Part shown: positions 1 to 10,446 of the stretch, in pieces
Position numbering within the stretch: position 1 is the stretch's first letter
Layout: the number at the start of each line of letters is the position of its first letter
Virus record (IMG/VR): IMGVR_UViG_3300021400_001413
Coordinates: 15,327 to 79,326 of that record
DNA: 64,000 bases
DNA from: a virus
Taxonomy: Duplodnaviria; Caudoviricetes
Reading direction: 5' to 3' (one strand)
Notes under the pieces: model-generated
What the model was told of the DNA's origin: nothing
Seen by the model: only the letters and a program-made list of their open reading frames with translations
The model's database searches: none
Translations under genes and position numbers: made by a program

Positions 1-390
1 CTGTTGCCAATCTCTGATTCTAACTCTCAGTTCTCTTGTAGTTTTGGTAAACTTCTTACCTTGAGATGAGGTATTGGTGAAGGTTGCCTCTTTTTTCTGG
101 AATACTTTCTCTGATGCAATCTTACGCAGTAATTGTGAGAATGTAATACTGTCCTTTTTCTCAAGCAAGGAATAAATATCCCCCTTATCACCAGTGGCGT
201 AGTCCTTATAGAGGACTTTCTCGCCATCTGGTGAATAGATGAAAAATGAAGGATGGACATCATCTCTTAAAGGAGAGTTGATGAGCACAGGAAGGGAATT
301 AATACCAAGATAATGTGAAAGCAAGTCAGCATGGCTTACTCTTTCCATAATCTCAGCAACAGATTCGCATTCACTCTTATTTGCCTTCAT
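1..390 (-). CDS. dnaG: DNA primase, N-terminal part (runs off window)
   Basis: Not in the ORF track. Manual translation from ATG 390 is open to position 1: MKANKSECES...INSPLRDDVHPSFFIYSPDGEKVLYKDYATGDKGDIYSLL...LRVRIRDWQQ. SPLRDD.HPSF and YKD..TG..GD resemble crAss-like primase N-termini. Confidence 0.75.
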   Translation of the reverse strand, partial: MKANKSECESVAEIMERVSHADLLSHYLGINSLPVLINSPLRDDVHPSFFIYSPDGEKVLYKDYATGDKGDIYSLLEKKDSITFSQLLRKIASEKVFQKKEATFTNTSSQGKKFTKTTRELRVRIRDWQQ

Positions 391-411
391 AACATCAGGG
401 ACATTTAATAG

Positions 412-1416
412 TTAGTTATTGTTAGCGAAAGGGTCTTCATCAGTAGAATTACCAAATGGCAGATCATCCTCAGGTAAAGCTGCTGCCTTGGCAAAGGGGT
501 CATCAGAAGCTACTGGAGCCGAATTCAGATTAGTCTCCTTGACATTCTCCTTATACTCCTCAATCTCCTTGATAATACCAATGGGGTCATTTGAGAATAC
601 AGTGTTCTTTACATTAGAAGACTGATTGCCATCAATATCATCCTTGATTCTAGTATAACTTCTTGCACCATTTCTCAAAGAGGTACGGGTGTAGACAGTC
701 ATAAACTGTTTTCCCTGGTCATCAGTCTGTACACCTACAGCAAGCTTCACATGGTTACTTGGCATATAGGTACAGAACTCCTTCAGCTCAGATACATTAC
801 CAGTGAAATAGTCCTTAATCTTATCCAGCCTTCCCTCACAATCCTCAGGATGTGCATTGGTTATCCAAGTATTTGTATTGCTGTTATAAGTGTCAATAGG
901 AGTGACATTAAGATAATTGAGAATGAACTGAGTCAAATCATCCTCACCTCTGAATGCAGGACGATAATCAGCATCAATTCTTGCTGGGCCATTGCTATAT
1001 ACAGGAATCTGATGATTCTTACACTGGTCAATAGTAACCCATGCAGTTCTGCCATACTTATCAATCACCTGTACCTTGGTCTTATCCTTGTTATAGTTAT
1101 AACGAGAATCAATGAAGAAGTTAGCCGTAAGCTTCAGATCCTCAGGAAGAGCAGCATTCTCCTTGATAGGCTTGCCATCCTCATACTCCTTATCTGCAAG
1201 TACCATAAAAGATACACGAAGCTGCTTATAAGCCTTATTGTTATCATTCTCATCTACCTTATCCTTAAGATACTCAGGCTCCTTCTGCATCTCCCTGCCA
1301 AAGAACTTCTCAAGTTCTGCCTTTGTAGGATTAACACCGATTACACGGAAAGAAGCAACACCAACATACTTTTTAAACTCACCTCCCTGTGAAGAGGCAT
1401 TTGCTTTAATTGCCAT
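412..1416 (-). CDS. putative single-stranded DNA-binding protein
   Basis: 334 aa with an acidic C-terminal tail (EDDLPF...EDPFANNN) typical of SSBs; lies between the Sak4-like ATPase and primase. Confidence 0.55.
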   Translation of the reverse strand: MAIKANASSQGGEFKKYVGVASFRVIGVNPTKAELEKFFGREMQKEPEYLKDKVDENDNNKAYKQLRVSFMVLADKEYEDGKPIKENAALPEDLKLTANFFIDSRYNYNKDKTKVQVIDKYGRTAWVTIDQCKNHQIPVYSNGPARIDADYRPAFRGEDDLTQFILNYLNVTPIDTYNSNTNTWITNAHPEDCEGRLDKIKDYFTGNVSELKEFCTYMPSNHVKLAVGVQTDDQGKQFMTVYTRTSLRNGARSYTRIKDDIDGNQSSNVKNTVFSNDPIGIIKEIEEYKENVKETNLNSAPVASDDPFAKAAALPEDDLPFGNSTDEDPFANNN

Positions 1417-1543
1417 ATTAAATAACTTTTAATTGTTTATATTATCTAAAAATGAGGAAACTCTAATGACTGCAAGAAATAATATTAGGCAGTAACAGCA
1501 GGGAACTTGTCTCCTCAGAATCAGTTACCTTTAAGAGATTTCC

Positions 1544-2074
1544 TTACTGATTGAATGGGTCTCCCTCAACAGCATTCTCAAATGGGTCTGCATTAGCAGC
1601 CTCCTCAGCTACCTTATCCTGCTCCTTTATAATCTCCTCAGGCATCTCTTCGGAAGCTACCTCTGCATTCTCCTTGTCAATGTCAAAGTCAGAGCCAGGA
1701 TTATCCTCAGTGGTAGGAGGAACAATAGTCTCAGGAATGACAGTCTCAGGATACTTGAGATTATAGACAGTCTTCATAATCTCCTTGCCATTGTCACCAA
1801 TCTGACCAGTGCCTTCCTTGGTAACAACAACCAAATCCTCAGTTGTGTAGCCACCAGTAATCTGCTTTACAGCCTGATTCATAGAATCAATGATAGACTG
1901 ATACCCTGCCTTCTCTGCCTCAAGCTTCTGAAGCTTCTCTTCCAGCATCTTCTGGATTTTCTCCTTGGTTGCAGCAATCTGCTCATCTACCTTAGCCTTC
2001 TTAGTAATGAAGGGTGCTACATTCTTGGCTGTTGACTTAATCACGCTAATTTCAATCTTTGAAAATGTTTTCAT
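1544..2074 (-). CDS. hypothetical protein (coiled coil, acidic tail)
   Basis: 176 aa ORF co-oriented with its neighbours; C-terminus ends DPF like the SSB tail. Confidence 0.6.
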   Translation of the reverse strand: MKTFSKIEISVIKSTAKNVAPFITKKAKVDEQIAATKEKIQKMLEEKLQKLEAEKAGYQSIIDSMNQAVKQITGGYTTEDLVVVTKEGTGQIGDNGKEIMKTVYNLKYPETVIPETIVPPTTEDNPGSDFDIDKENAEVASEEMPEEIIKEQDKVAEEAANADPFENAVEGDPFNQ

Positions 2075-2115
2075 TGTTTAACTTGTTTAAATTGTTAAAA
2101 GATAATATTATTTGT

Positions 2116-2850
2116 TTATTGATAACGCTTGGCAATTTCTGCTACTACTAATCCAAGATCATTAGGAAACTCATCAGGCAACGCATCAAGATATCCTAAA
2201 GAATCCTTTGCAGGAAACTCTCCATCAAACTCCTTAAGGAAAGTCTTACTGGCTTTTTTAGACTGCATATCAAAACTCTGTTTACCAAAGAGAATAATGT
2301 CAAAATTTCCTTCGGGTGTTATGTAGTCATCAACCATCTTACCAGTAGTCTTGAACTTATAAGAGATAGAATCACCGTTTTTATCCTTATACTCTTCATA
2401 ATGAGCACAGCAGATGATATTCTTATTCTCTGGACATCCCTTCATTGCATTGAAGATAAGTCCCATACCATAGCCAATTTGCTTAGGAGTATCCCAGCCG
2501 CCCTTCATAGCATTTGCCATATAGAAATCCTGAGAAAGATAATTGAAATCATCTACAATCAGATTCTTATAAGGATTATTAGGATTCTTAAAAGACTCAA
2601 TGAATTCTGCTACCTTCTTGAATCTATCCAAGCCAGTAATAGTATCTACCTGTACTCTGTTGTACTGGGCAATATACTTAATCTCTGGCTCTGGAGCCAA
2701 TTTAAATTCAGGATTAGGTACTCCTCTTCCAATACACTGAATGACAAAAGTGGTTTTTGGGTCTAACCCTTTAATACCATACTTTTCTCTTCCAGCATAA
2801 GAAGTGGTTTTACCAAAACCTGACTTTGCTAAAACTAAAATCTTTGCCAT
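2116..2850 (-). CDS. AAA ATPase, Sak4-like ssDNA annealing/recombination protein
   Basis: Walker A AKSGFGKTT, Walker B LIVDD, 244 aa, next to SSB. Confidence 0.7.
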   Translation of the reverse strand: MAKILVLAKSGFGKTTSYAGREKYGIKGLDPKTTFVIQCIGRGVPNPEFKLAPEPEIKYIAQYNRVQVDTITGLDRFKKVAEFIESFKNPNNPYKNLIVDDFNYLSQDFYMANAMKGGWDTPKQIGYGMGLIFNAMKGCPENKNIICCAHYEEYKDKNGDSISYKFKTTGKMVDDYITPEGNFDIILFGKQSFDMQSKKASKTFLKEFDGEFPAKDSLGYLDALPDEFPNDLGLVVAEIAKRYQ

Positions 2851-2859
2851 TTGTTTAAC

Positions 2860-4101
2860 TTAATGTTTAAAATTGATGTTTATAAAGTGTTTAATACTAT
2901 TTGCCATAGAGAGAAGTAATACAGGCTTTGTTGTAGTAGAAGGGATCTTAGATGCTGACTTGGCTACCTCCATCTGTTTACAGTTGTCATAGATAACTTT
3001 CATACTAGGTTTGTCATCAGGTTTAGGCAACTCCTTAAAGTCACACACTGCACCATCAAACCAAAGAGGAAGAATACCACCCATCTCACCATTTCTGTGG
3101 ACTATCACCTCTAAGAACCTGATGTGATCCTTTAGAATAGTAATATCATAACCGAGATATTCTGTAATACCAAATCTGAATGGAGAAAACAAACCTAAGA
3201 CTATATCTCCATCGCGGGCTGTGTATTTTGAGTCCCCAAGGCCAACAGCTGAAGGTCTTACTCTTCCAAGTTTAAATGCGTCATTACCCTCAGACTCAAA
3301 TGCCTGCTGCTGAATAACAATAGGAGAGTAGTGATATCTATTTCTAAGATACTTAGCCAAGTACTCTGAGAGTTTATCCATAGACTGCTTAAGAGTCATC
3401 CCTCTTTCAGTATCTATCAGATTAATAGTATCAATAATAATCATACGATACTCATTGGGATTATCCTGTTCATAAGAATCAAATACTTCTATCTCTTGAG
3501 GTTGCCCAAGTTCATCTTTGATAGTTACTTTCTTCTTATTTACAGTGCCATGTTCTTCAGCATATTGCTTACAATACTTATAGATACCAGTTGGATTAGG
3601 GGCTTCATTTGGAAATATGACATGTTCCTCAAAATACTCAAGTATATTCTGAATATCAGTCTGCTTAAGCCTGTCAATAATGCTTTCATCAAGAGCGTCT
3701 GTAGTAGAACGCAATTGTCTGGGACTTATTCTCACAGCCCCCTTTGACATCTTATACAAAAGCCAAGACATAAATCTCTGCATGATTCTCTCCTTAGTCT
3801 CCTCAAGAGGAAAATATATAATCTTAAAATCTACTTGCTCTTTAGCAAACATAGAAAAAATGACTGCCTGGAAGATAAAAGTATAGGATGTAAATTGCGA
3901 TTTTCCTCCTTTACTAAAGCTAGTAATTATATAATAAGTATCTTGTTCAATACCACAGAAATCCTCGGCAAACCTCCTAAACGGTGATGGTATACAGTTT
4001 ACACCACCATCAATGATCCGTTGTCTTTTACCCTCAATTTCTTGCAGAGTCTTTTCTACAAGACTTAAGTTTTGACTCGGAGACTGAAATACTTCATCCA
4101 T
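2860..4101 (-). CDS. dnaB: DnaB-like replicative helicase
   Basis: Walker A FSKGGKSQ, Walker B IIIDTINLI, RecA-like C-terminal motifs; 413 aa. Confidence 0.85.
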   Translation of the reverse strand: MDEVFQSPSQNLSLVEKTLQEIEGKRQRIIDGGVNCIPSPFRRFAEDFCGIEQDTYYIITSFSKGGKSQFTSYTFIFQAVIFSMFAKEQVDFKIIYFPLEETKERIMQRFMSWLLYKMSKGAVRISPRQLRSTTDALDESIIDRLKQTDIQNILEYFEEHVIFPNEAPNPTGIYKYCKQYAEEHGTVNKKKVTIKDELGQPQEIEVFDSYEQDNPNEYRMIIIDTINLIDTERGMTLKQSMDKLSEYLAKYLRNRYHYSPIVIQQQAFESEGNDAFKLGRVRPSAVGLGDSKYTARDGDIVLGLFSPFRFGITEYLGYDITILKDHIRFLEVIVHRNGEMGGILPLWFDGAVCDFKELPKPDDKPSMKVIYDNCKQMEVAKSASKIPSTTTKPVLLLSMANSIKHFININFKH

Positions 4102-4582
4102 TGTCCTTACTTGCTAAGAGTTCTCCAATATGATGTGCCTCACGGATACACAAGCCCTCATACTTCTTCACATCCTTAGCCAAACAACTACCATAGCCTG
4201 TATCTACGACACCAGATTCTCCAAAGAGTATCTTATCATAGTAATCATACAGCTTGTGTGTTAAGTTATAGAAGAACTTGTAGATATCATACTTAGCCCT
4301 TGCCTCTGCCAGCCTCTCTCCAAGAAGCGAGTCATACTTGTCATCAGGTCTGCATTTAGCCACTCCTTCAGAGTATATGAGCAGACAATTATCTACTATG
4401 TCCTCATAAACTTCTATTTTAGTAGTATAACCTATGAAATCAACAACTTCATCAGGAATATGATTCCAGAATGAAGGCAAATCCACAACTCCCTTTAAGA
4501 TGACGGTGGTGGTTTTTCCTACTTTTTTCACAGCTTTACAGGGATTATTCTCTGTTTCCTTAAAACTTACTTTAAAAATCAT
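4094..4582 (-). CDS. hypothetical protein
   Basis: 162 aa; stop overlaps the dnaB start (translational coupling). Confidence 0.6.
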   Translation of the reverse strand: MIFKVSFKETENNPCKAVKKVGKTTTVILKGVVDLPSFWNHIPDEVVDFIGYTTKIEVYEDIVDNCLLIYSEGVAKCRPDDKYDSLLGERLAEARAKYDIYKFFYNLTHKLYDYYDKILFGESGVVDTGYGSCLAKDVKKYEGLCIREAHHIGELLASKDNG

Positions 4583-4595
4583 ACCTTATTATATA

Positions 4596-5222
4596 TTAAC
4601 GTAATTCTATATCCCAATCAGCACTTGTCTTCTTATCAGGAGTATCCTCAATCCAAGCAGCAAGCTGGCTCTGTCTTTCAACTTCACCAACTACTCTTCC
4701 CCTAACTACCTCTTCACCAGTAACCTTGTTCTTCCAGATGAAATATTTAAGAAGCTGCATATAAGTGTAGTTACCATTGAATGATGCAACATAAGCCTTG
4801 GTAGCCTCTATTACCTGTTCATCACTATATTCACCATACTTCATGAAGAACTTCTTAAGTCTGTCTGTAATACAGGAGACACTATCTCTCCATGTATAGG
4901 CATATCCAGGTTTCTTACCAGCAGGGAATATATCCCTAAGTTTCTCTGCAAGCTGTACACACCTCTCCTCTGAAGCTATATTACTGCTACTTGCCATAAT
5001 ACTCTCAGCAAGATGCTCTCCAGTCACATTCAATGAGACATACTCAGGAAACGGTTTTCGGGGATCATACATCTGCTCAAACAACAATAGATTCTGTTGC
5101 CTTGCTTTCTCAAAGGTGTTAGTGGTAATCCTACAGCCAGAGAGGAGAGAGAGAAGATACAGGATAACATCAGCATCCTTACCTTCTTTCTTACATACTT
5201 CTGTGTCTAAAATAATCTTCAT
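4596..5222 (-). CDS. hypothetical protein, possible replication initiator/helicase loader
   Basis: 208 aa, two genes upstream of dnaB; FPAGKKPG..Y.W motif. Function inferred from position only. Confidence 0.35.
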   Translation of the reverse strand: MKIILDTEVCKKEGKDADVILYLLSLLSGCRITTNTFEKARQQNLLLFEQMYDPRKPFPEYVSLNVTGEHLAESIMASSSNIASEERCVQLAEKLRDIFPAGKKPGYAYTWRDSVSCITDRLKKFFMKYGEYSDEQVIEATKAYVASFNGNYTYMQLLKYFIWKNKVTGEEVVRGRVVGEVERQSQLAAWIEDTPDKKTSADWDIELR

Positions 5223-5404
5223 AAGCTATTTAATAAATTTAATCTTACCTTTAGCAGTATATTTATCTCCATTTTTAAGAGTTATCAATACTTTTTCAAC
5301 ACCTCTAGAATCAACATCCTCTATCTCTTCTAAAGAAAAGCAATGTTCTTTATTTGCACTGTCTTCAAATTTGATTCTCATAACTTGATTGTTTTAGATT
5401 GTAT

Positions 5405-5647
5405 CTATTCTCTATAACCATCATATATTTCTATCTCAGGGATGTCAAATCCCCAGTTAGATACAGGGAATACAATAACAGGATGACCTACTTTCTTACT
5501 TAGCATATTCAAATCCTCAAGAGAGTCCAACTCTACAGTGTAAGACTCAGAGAGTCTCCCATCTTTAGGAATTAACTCTTTTTGTGCTCCTGGACACTGG
5601 GGATTCTCTTCCGGATAGCAATTACTTCTGCTTACTACATATTTCAT
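5405..5647 (-). CDS. hypothetical protein
   Basis: 80 aa ORF packed tightly in the operon. Confidence 0.6.
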   Translation of the reverse strand: MKYVVSRSNCYPEENPQCPGAQKELIPKDGRLSESYTVELDSLEDLNMLSKKVGHPVIVFPVSNWGFDIPEIEIYDGYRE

Positions 5648-5654
5648 AATACTT

Positions 5655-6041
5655 CTATCTAATCATTCCTAATTGTCTCATCTCCCTATAATCCATAAAG
5701 AGGGCATTCTTACCTTTATACTCCTCAGGTAAATGCTGATAGAACTCTGAAGCTTTCTTAATGCCTACTAAGTGTCCTGTTCTCCAAGGATTCTTCATAT
5801 CATCAGACTTCTCAGGGTCTATGCCTATAACAAAAAAAGCATCCTGGTCCAGAATCTTCTGACACTCCTTGCAAGGCTTATCAGAGTAACCAATAACCTT
5901 ATCATGCATTTCTTCTACCTTCTTAGCATCTGCCTTAGTTAATCTTGTATTCATGACAATAGCAGAAGCATCTTCATCAACCTGTCCACATATAGGACAT
6001 ACATACTTCACTACTGAAGCAGCAAATTTCTTCTCTTCCAT
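5655..6041 (-). CDS. hypothetical Zn-binding protein
   Basis: Two CxxC motifs (CPIC, CKEC). Confidence 0.6.
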   Translation of the reverse strand: MEEKKFAASVVKYVCPICGQVDEDASAIVMNTRLTKADAKKVEEMHDKVIGYSDKPCKECQKILDQDAFFVIGIDPEKSDDMKNPWRTGHLVGIKKASEFYQHLPEEYKGKNALFMDYREMRQLGMIR

Positions 6042-6052
6042 AATATTTGCTA

Positions 6053-6265
6053 TTAGTTATTCTCTTTTGGCATTGGGGGATAATGAAACTCATTTTCTTT
6101 GCAGGGACTAATAGAGACAGTAACTCTATCTCCTATATTGTATCCACCACAATCTTTTAAAATAAAGTCTCTTATAAGAATAGCACCACCACAATCTGAA
6201 AATATTTTTCGATTTTCTCCATCGGAGTATTCTGTTATTTCTCCAGATATTTTTATTTCTCTCAT
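6053..6265 (-). CDS. hypothetical protein
   Basis: 70 aa, co-oriented, A-rich leader. Confidence 0.5.
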   Translation of the reverse strand: MREIKISGEITEYSDGENRKIFSDCGGAILIRDFILKDCGGYNIGDRVTVSISPCKENEFHYPPMPKENN

Positions 6266-6340
6266 ACTACTTTATATTTATTGTTTATTAATCATTCTAT
6301 CAAGCTTTCTTCTTAAAATTTCTTCTCTTCCATAAGTTGT

Positions 6341-7597
6341 TTATAATGTTTTAGATAAGTTATTATAGTCTATATACTTAACAAACTTAGGGTCTATATT
6401 CTCAAGTGCTCCCTTCAGATAATTCTCATCCTGAGTTCCCTTATAATAGAATATGTAAGTAACAGGGTCTTCAGCACGAAGACTGCGCCCAAATTTTTGA
6501 ATGAAAAGTCTTTCCTTACCATCAAGCTGTACTATAATACCAGTCTGAATATCTGTCAGGTTCATACCTTCAGTAATCATACCAACTGCATAGATACGAT
6601 TTACCTCCTTGTTATTGAATTTATCAATAATCAGCTGATTACTCTTAGCTGGTCTCTTTGAGGATATTGTATTTACAAAGTCAAGAGAATTTGCCTGAGC
6701 TACAGAAGCACAGAAACATACAAACCTGTTATTCCTGGGAAGAGAGTCTATCAGTTTTCTAACTGCTCCAGTCTTGAGCTCACCAAGAAATCTCTTGCGT
6801 TGACTGCCTATATTAACCCACTTGGTTCTCTGGAACTCATTATGAGACCTCTCATATCTCTGTTTCCAGTATTCCATAGTAGAAGTAAGATAGGCGTTCT
6901 TCTGGAACTCAGTACACTGTATGATACAAGGAGTATTATTATAGATATACTTAGCCCTATTCTCCCATTTGACCAAAGGAGCCTTTGGATCATTGCCAAT
7001 CTTAATCTCCTGATGCCTCTTGACATTATCAAGGTGCATTTCTACCACATATACCTTTGGGTCTGGAAGTATGTCTTCCTTGATAGCATCCTTTAAGGTG
7101 ACAGTGGAGGTAGTGAATTTTCCGAAGATACCTGTAATCAAGTCTTCCTTGCCTGAAGATAGGGTAGCAGAGAGGAGATAAATATAAGCATTAGGATACA
7201 AATTCTCTTTTAGCTCCTCTAAAGCTGCCATTCTCTTCTCTGTAAAGCAATGGTGCGCTTCATCAAAGATAACTGCTTCATAGTTATTGTGAACATATTT
7301 TTTTAAGGAAGCATAGCAGCATACATCAGTAGATATGCCAGCTCTGTTTAAATCCCATTTATCAAACTCATCTTCCCAGTTATTAATATGTGCTCTCTCA
7401 GCCACCACAAAAAGAACTTTCATATACAACATATTATTCCTGTCAGGTGGCCATCTTCTTGTTAACTGATAGTTAATAAGGTCAATAACCATCTTGCTCT
7501 TACCACAGCCAGTAGCCCATTTAAGGATAACACGATGTTCCTCCTTAAGAGCCTTAAATTCTCTTTCCTGTAGTTTTTGCTTAAAATCGTTATTCAT
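6341..7597 (-). CDS. superfamily 2 (DEAH-box) helicase
   Basis: WATGCGKS, DEAHH, LSAT, QKFGRSLR. Start moved from 7684 to ATG 7597 (MNNDFK) because a TATCTTTG promoter element lies at 7631-7638. Confidence 0.85.
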   Translation of the reverse strand: MNNDFKQKLQEREFKALKEEHRVILKWATGCGKSKMVIDLINYQLTRRWPPDRNNMLYMKVLFVVAERAHINNWEDEFDKWDLNRAGISTDVCCYASLKKYVHNNYEAVIFDEAHHCFTEKRMAALEELKENLYPNAYIYLLSATLSSGKEDLITGIFGKFTTSTVTLKDAIKEDILPDPKVYVVEMHLDNVKRHQEIKIGNDPKAPLVKWENRAKYIYNNTPCIIQCTEFQKNAYLTSTMEYWKQRYERSHNEFQRTKWVNIGSQRKRFLGELKTGAVRKLIDSLPRNNRFVCFCASVAQANSLDFVNTISSKRPAKSNQLIIDKFNNKEVNRIYAVGMITEGMNLTDIQTGIIVQLDGKERLFIQKFGRSLRAEDPVTYIFYYKGTQDENYLKGALENIDPKFVKYIDYNNLSKTL

Positions 7598-7753
7598 TTT
7601 GAAAATCTCTTTTACTGCCTCTTCTGTTTGCAAAGATATACAAAATATATGCAATATCCAAGTAATTAATGCATAAATATACATTGAATTAACAACTTTA
7701 ACGTATATTTATACAGTAATTACTGGATAGCAACTAAAGGGACAATTATTATA

Positions 7754-7981
7754 TCATTTATTTTTTCCGTAAATTATACCATAGCTCTCCATGTGATTGA
7801 GTGCCCTATATTCACTTGAGAATGAGGTACGAATATTCTTACCAGCAAGGCATAAACATACCTTATATTCTCTCTGGTCATCAGTATGCATCTCTGCTAC
7901 AATATTCTCCTTAGGATTGATATTTGCAACCCTACATACTCTGACAGCCTTTCTAGGCGTTTTGAATAAACCTGTAATCAT
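7754..7981 (-). CDS. hypothetical protein
   Basis: 75 aa; TATTTTTG element upstream at 8034-8041. Confidence 0.5.
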   Translation of the reverse strand: MITGLFKTPRKAVRVCRVANINPKENIVAEMHTDDQREYKVCLCLAGKNIRTSFSSEYRALNHMESYGIIYGKNK

Positions 7982-8118
7982 TGTTGTAAGTATTAAATGT
8001 TAATGAATATTTTCTATATCAGCTCTACAGTTGCAAAAATATCCCCTCCTCCCATATAGCTATACTATACAGAAAGAGGGGCGCGAATCTTACAACAATC
8101 AAGCCAAACAAATTTGGT

Positions 8119-8457
8119 TTATACTATTCCTGTATCATCATCACTGAATATGTCATCAATTCCCATCTTAGAAGTAATGGCACTTACAAGAGTCTCAATG
8201 TCCTTACGTGTTCTGTTTATGTCACTAAGATGCTGCCTTTTTAACCTGTATTCTGCAATAGCAGAATCACAGGAGGGTATGATGACATTATCCATAATGA
8301 CACTTGCATCCTCATCAGGATTATGAAACTTATGCAAGGCATAATCAGCATATACGACATAGAAATCATCAAGTGGGTTAGAGTAGTGCTCTACCACTAC
8401 TCCTAGAATCTTTTCTCCTTCAGAGGAGAACGCAATAATATCATGTAGATCTGCCAT
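8119..8457 (-). CDS. hypothetical protein
   Basis: 112 aa ORF in the small-gene cluster. Confidence 0.55.
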   Translation of the reverse strand: MADLHDIIAFSSEGEKILGVVVEHYSNPLDDFYVVYADYALHKFHNPDEDASVIMDNVIIPSCDSAIAEYRLKRQHLSDINRTRKDIETLVSAITSKMGIDDIFSDDDTGIV

Positions 8458-8548
8458 ATTAGTAAATTATTAGTTAAACATAATACCTTCCTTTTATTGA
8501 AGGTCTGTCTCCCTGTTTGAGCTTGATTACTATGACAGATACATAGGA

Positions 8549-8740
8549 TTACTTGATAGAAAGTCTTTTCTTCTTATCCTTAATCTTATAATTGACCTCT
8601 GCTCCTATCTTCATGGTAGCAGTACCATTGGGAATCTTAAGATGGTAATAAGTATCATCCACACTGAGGACTATCGCATCCTCAAAACCGGTATAACCCT
8701 CAATAGGGGTAAGATAATCGCCTTTTTTAAATTTTGCCAT
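8549..8740 (-). CDS. hypothetical protein (SH3-like MAKFKKGD start)
   Basis: 63 aa; the KFKKGD start is common in small phage beta-barrel proteins. Confidence 0.5.
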   Translation of the reverse strand: MAKFKKGDYLTPIEGYTGFEDAIVLSVDDTYYHLKIPNGTATMKIGAEVNYKIKDKKKRLSIK

Positions 8741-8869
8741 ACTATAATAAATCTACAAGTCCTTTACTACCATCACCTACAACCATAGCAAGGAATGCTA
8801 CAGCCATTATTATTCCTATAATCAGACAAAGTAAGTCTTCTTCTATCATGTCTTTAATCTTCCTCATAG

Positions 8870-9079
8870 TCAGTCTGTTATATTATCCCACATGGTTATC
8901 TTTTCATTAATACTATCTGCATCGAGGGTAGCTTCAGAGAGAGTAAGAACATGTGCAGCCTCTTTACTAGCTATATCATCATTGAATGCCTGACATAACC
9001 TGGTAGCGGATATGACTGTACCACAATATTTCTCTACAGGACAGCCATTACAGTTGTGATACTTATCTGAATAATTCAT
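8870..9079 (-). CDS. hypothetical Cys-rich protein
   Basis: 69 aa, CNGCPVEKYC motif. Confidence 0.5.
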   Translation of the reverse strand: MNYSDKYHNCNGCPVEKYCGTVISATRLCQAFNDDIASKEAAHVLTLSEATLDADSINEKITMWDNITD

Positions 9080-9082
9080 AGG

Positions 9083-9397
9083 CTACAATCTTTCTGCTAT
9101 TTTATATAATTCGTCAAAACTCATATCTCTCAAAGGCATCCAATACTCATGTCTCTCAGTGTGAACATCATCTACTTCTACTACTTGAATATCGGCATAG
9201 AGAGTATTATCATTTTCATTAAACTGAAGACAAGCAACCTCTTCATACATAAGATAAGAACCTTCAGTAGAAGGAAGATGTATCTTAATATGGGGAGAAA
9301 AGACAATCTCTCCTCCCTTAGCCTTAACAGTATCTGCAATCTCAGCTACAAAACTCTCTTTGAGTCTGTTATAAAGATGAAATAATTTCTGTTTCAT
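9083..9397 (-). CDS. hypothetical protein
   Basis: 104 aa, tightly packed. Confidence 0.55.
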   Translation of the reverse strand: MKQKLFHLYNRLKESFVAEIADTVKAKGGEIVFSPHIKIHLPSTEGSYLMYEEVACLQFNENDNTLYADIQVVEVDDVHTERHEYWMPLRDMSFDELYKIAERL

Positions 9398-9409
9398 AAT
9401 CTTGTATTA

Positions 9410-9628
9410 TTATAGTTTATTCTGTACATGCCATATACCATCATAATCTTCACAAAGCCATTGTCCTTTAAGGGCATAGATATTAGAACCTATAGCTACC
9501 ATATAAGGATAAAGCCTTACAAAAAGATTACCATTAAATGTCTTCTCTACACAATATACGCAAGGTAAGCGAAAGATATCCTCTATACACTTACCTTCTA
9601 TGTGTATGCATTGCCTATAGTTGCTCAT
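9410..9628 (-). CDS. hypothetical protein
   Basis: 72 aa, tightly packed. Confidence 0.5.
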   Translation of the reverse strand: MSNYRQCIHIEGKCIEDIFRLPCVYCVEKTFNGNLFVRLYPYMVAIGSNIYALKGQWLCEDYDGIWHVQNKL

Positions 9629-9737
9629 ACTTAATCGTAATTATTATCATTTCAAACTTCCAGTCATAACATCTACATAGAGGTTTTTGCTGTGGTTTTC
9701 CTTATAAATAAGCAGACTCCACATGACTGGAAGAGAA

Positions 9738-9890
9738 TCATATAGTTAGAGCCAATGAAAAGAACCCTACTCCTATAAGAAGAAATACAAAAGTGATACC
9801 AGTGGCTCTCCAGCTGTCCTTAGTTAGAGAACCTATAGCAATACTGATAGCACAGAATAGCATTGCTATAATGACAAGAATATTATTCAT
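9738..9890 (-). CDS. small two-helix membrane protein (50 aa)
   Basis: Manual translation MNNILVIIAMLFCAISIAIGSLTKDSWRATGITFVFLLIGVGFFSLALTI; overlaps the upstream gene stop by 8 nt; below the ORF-track cutoff. Confidence 0.5.
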   Translation of the reverse strand: MNNILVIIAMLFCAISIAIGSLTKDSWRATGITFVFLLIGVGFFSLALTI

Positions 9891-10269
9891 ACCTATCATA
9901 TATTCCTTGAATTTCTTCTTCTAATACCTGCTCCCAAAGAGGATAATCATCGACAATCTCCTCTACAAGCTCCCTGTTATAGATAAACTTAGTAGCATCA
10001 ATATGGTGCCAGTCAGTATCATCCCAATAAGGATACTTCTCAAGAATCCCATCAACTGTTTTCTCCTCAAACACACATTCAGAGTATTCTATATGTCTGA
10101 GGTAATCACAGAATGTAGCATAAAGCTCAGGATTATTCTCAAGCTCCTTAGCATCCACACTCCATCTCTTGAAGATGTAATCATAACATTCTTCCTTAGT
10201 ACCTACAAAAAGAAGTTCATTCTCTATGCAAGGTACACTCCAATCTGTTTCATAATATCTGAGTATCAT
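9883..10269 (-). CDS. hypothetical acidic protein
   Basis: 128 aa. Confidence 0.55.
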   Translation of the reverse strand: MILRYYETDWSVPCIENELLFVGTKEECYDYIFKRWSVDAKELENNPELYATFCDYLRHIEYSECVFEEKTVDGILEKYPYWDDTDWHHIDATKFIYNRELVEEIVDDYPLWEQVLEEEIQGIYDRYE

Positions 10270-10446
10270 AAGCTGAATTGTTTTGTTGTAAGATTAATAG
10301 TAGTCTCAATGAGAATCGAACTCATATCTAAGGTTTAGGAAACCTTTGTTCTATCCATTGAACTATAAGACCAAATGCCTGCCACTGTAGGCTTAACATT
10401 TAAAGAAAAATTTGAAACGAATATGTCGCTCTCTCAGCGAGTAAAG

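Noticed and set aside
1660-1700. DFDID sequence in the 176-aa protein, matching the crAss RNAP catalytic motif
   Set aside because: It lies in an acidic low-complexity tail of a protein far too small to be an RNAP.
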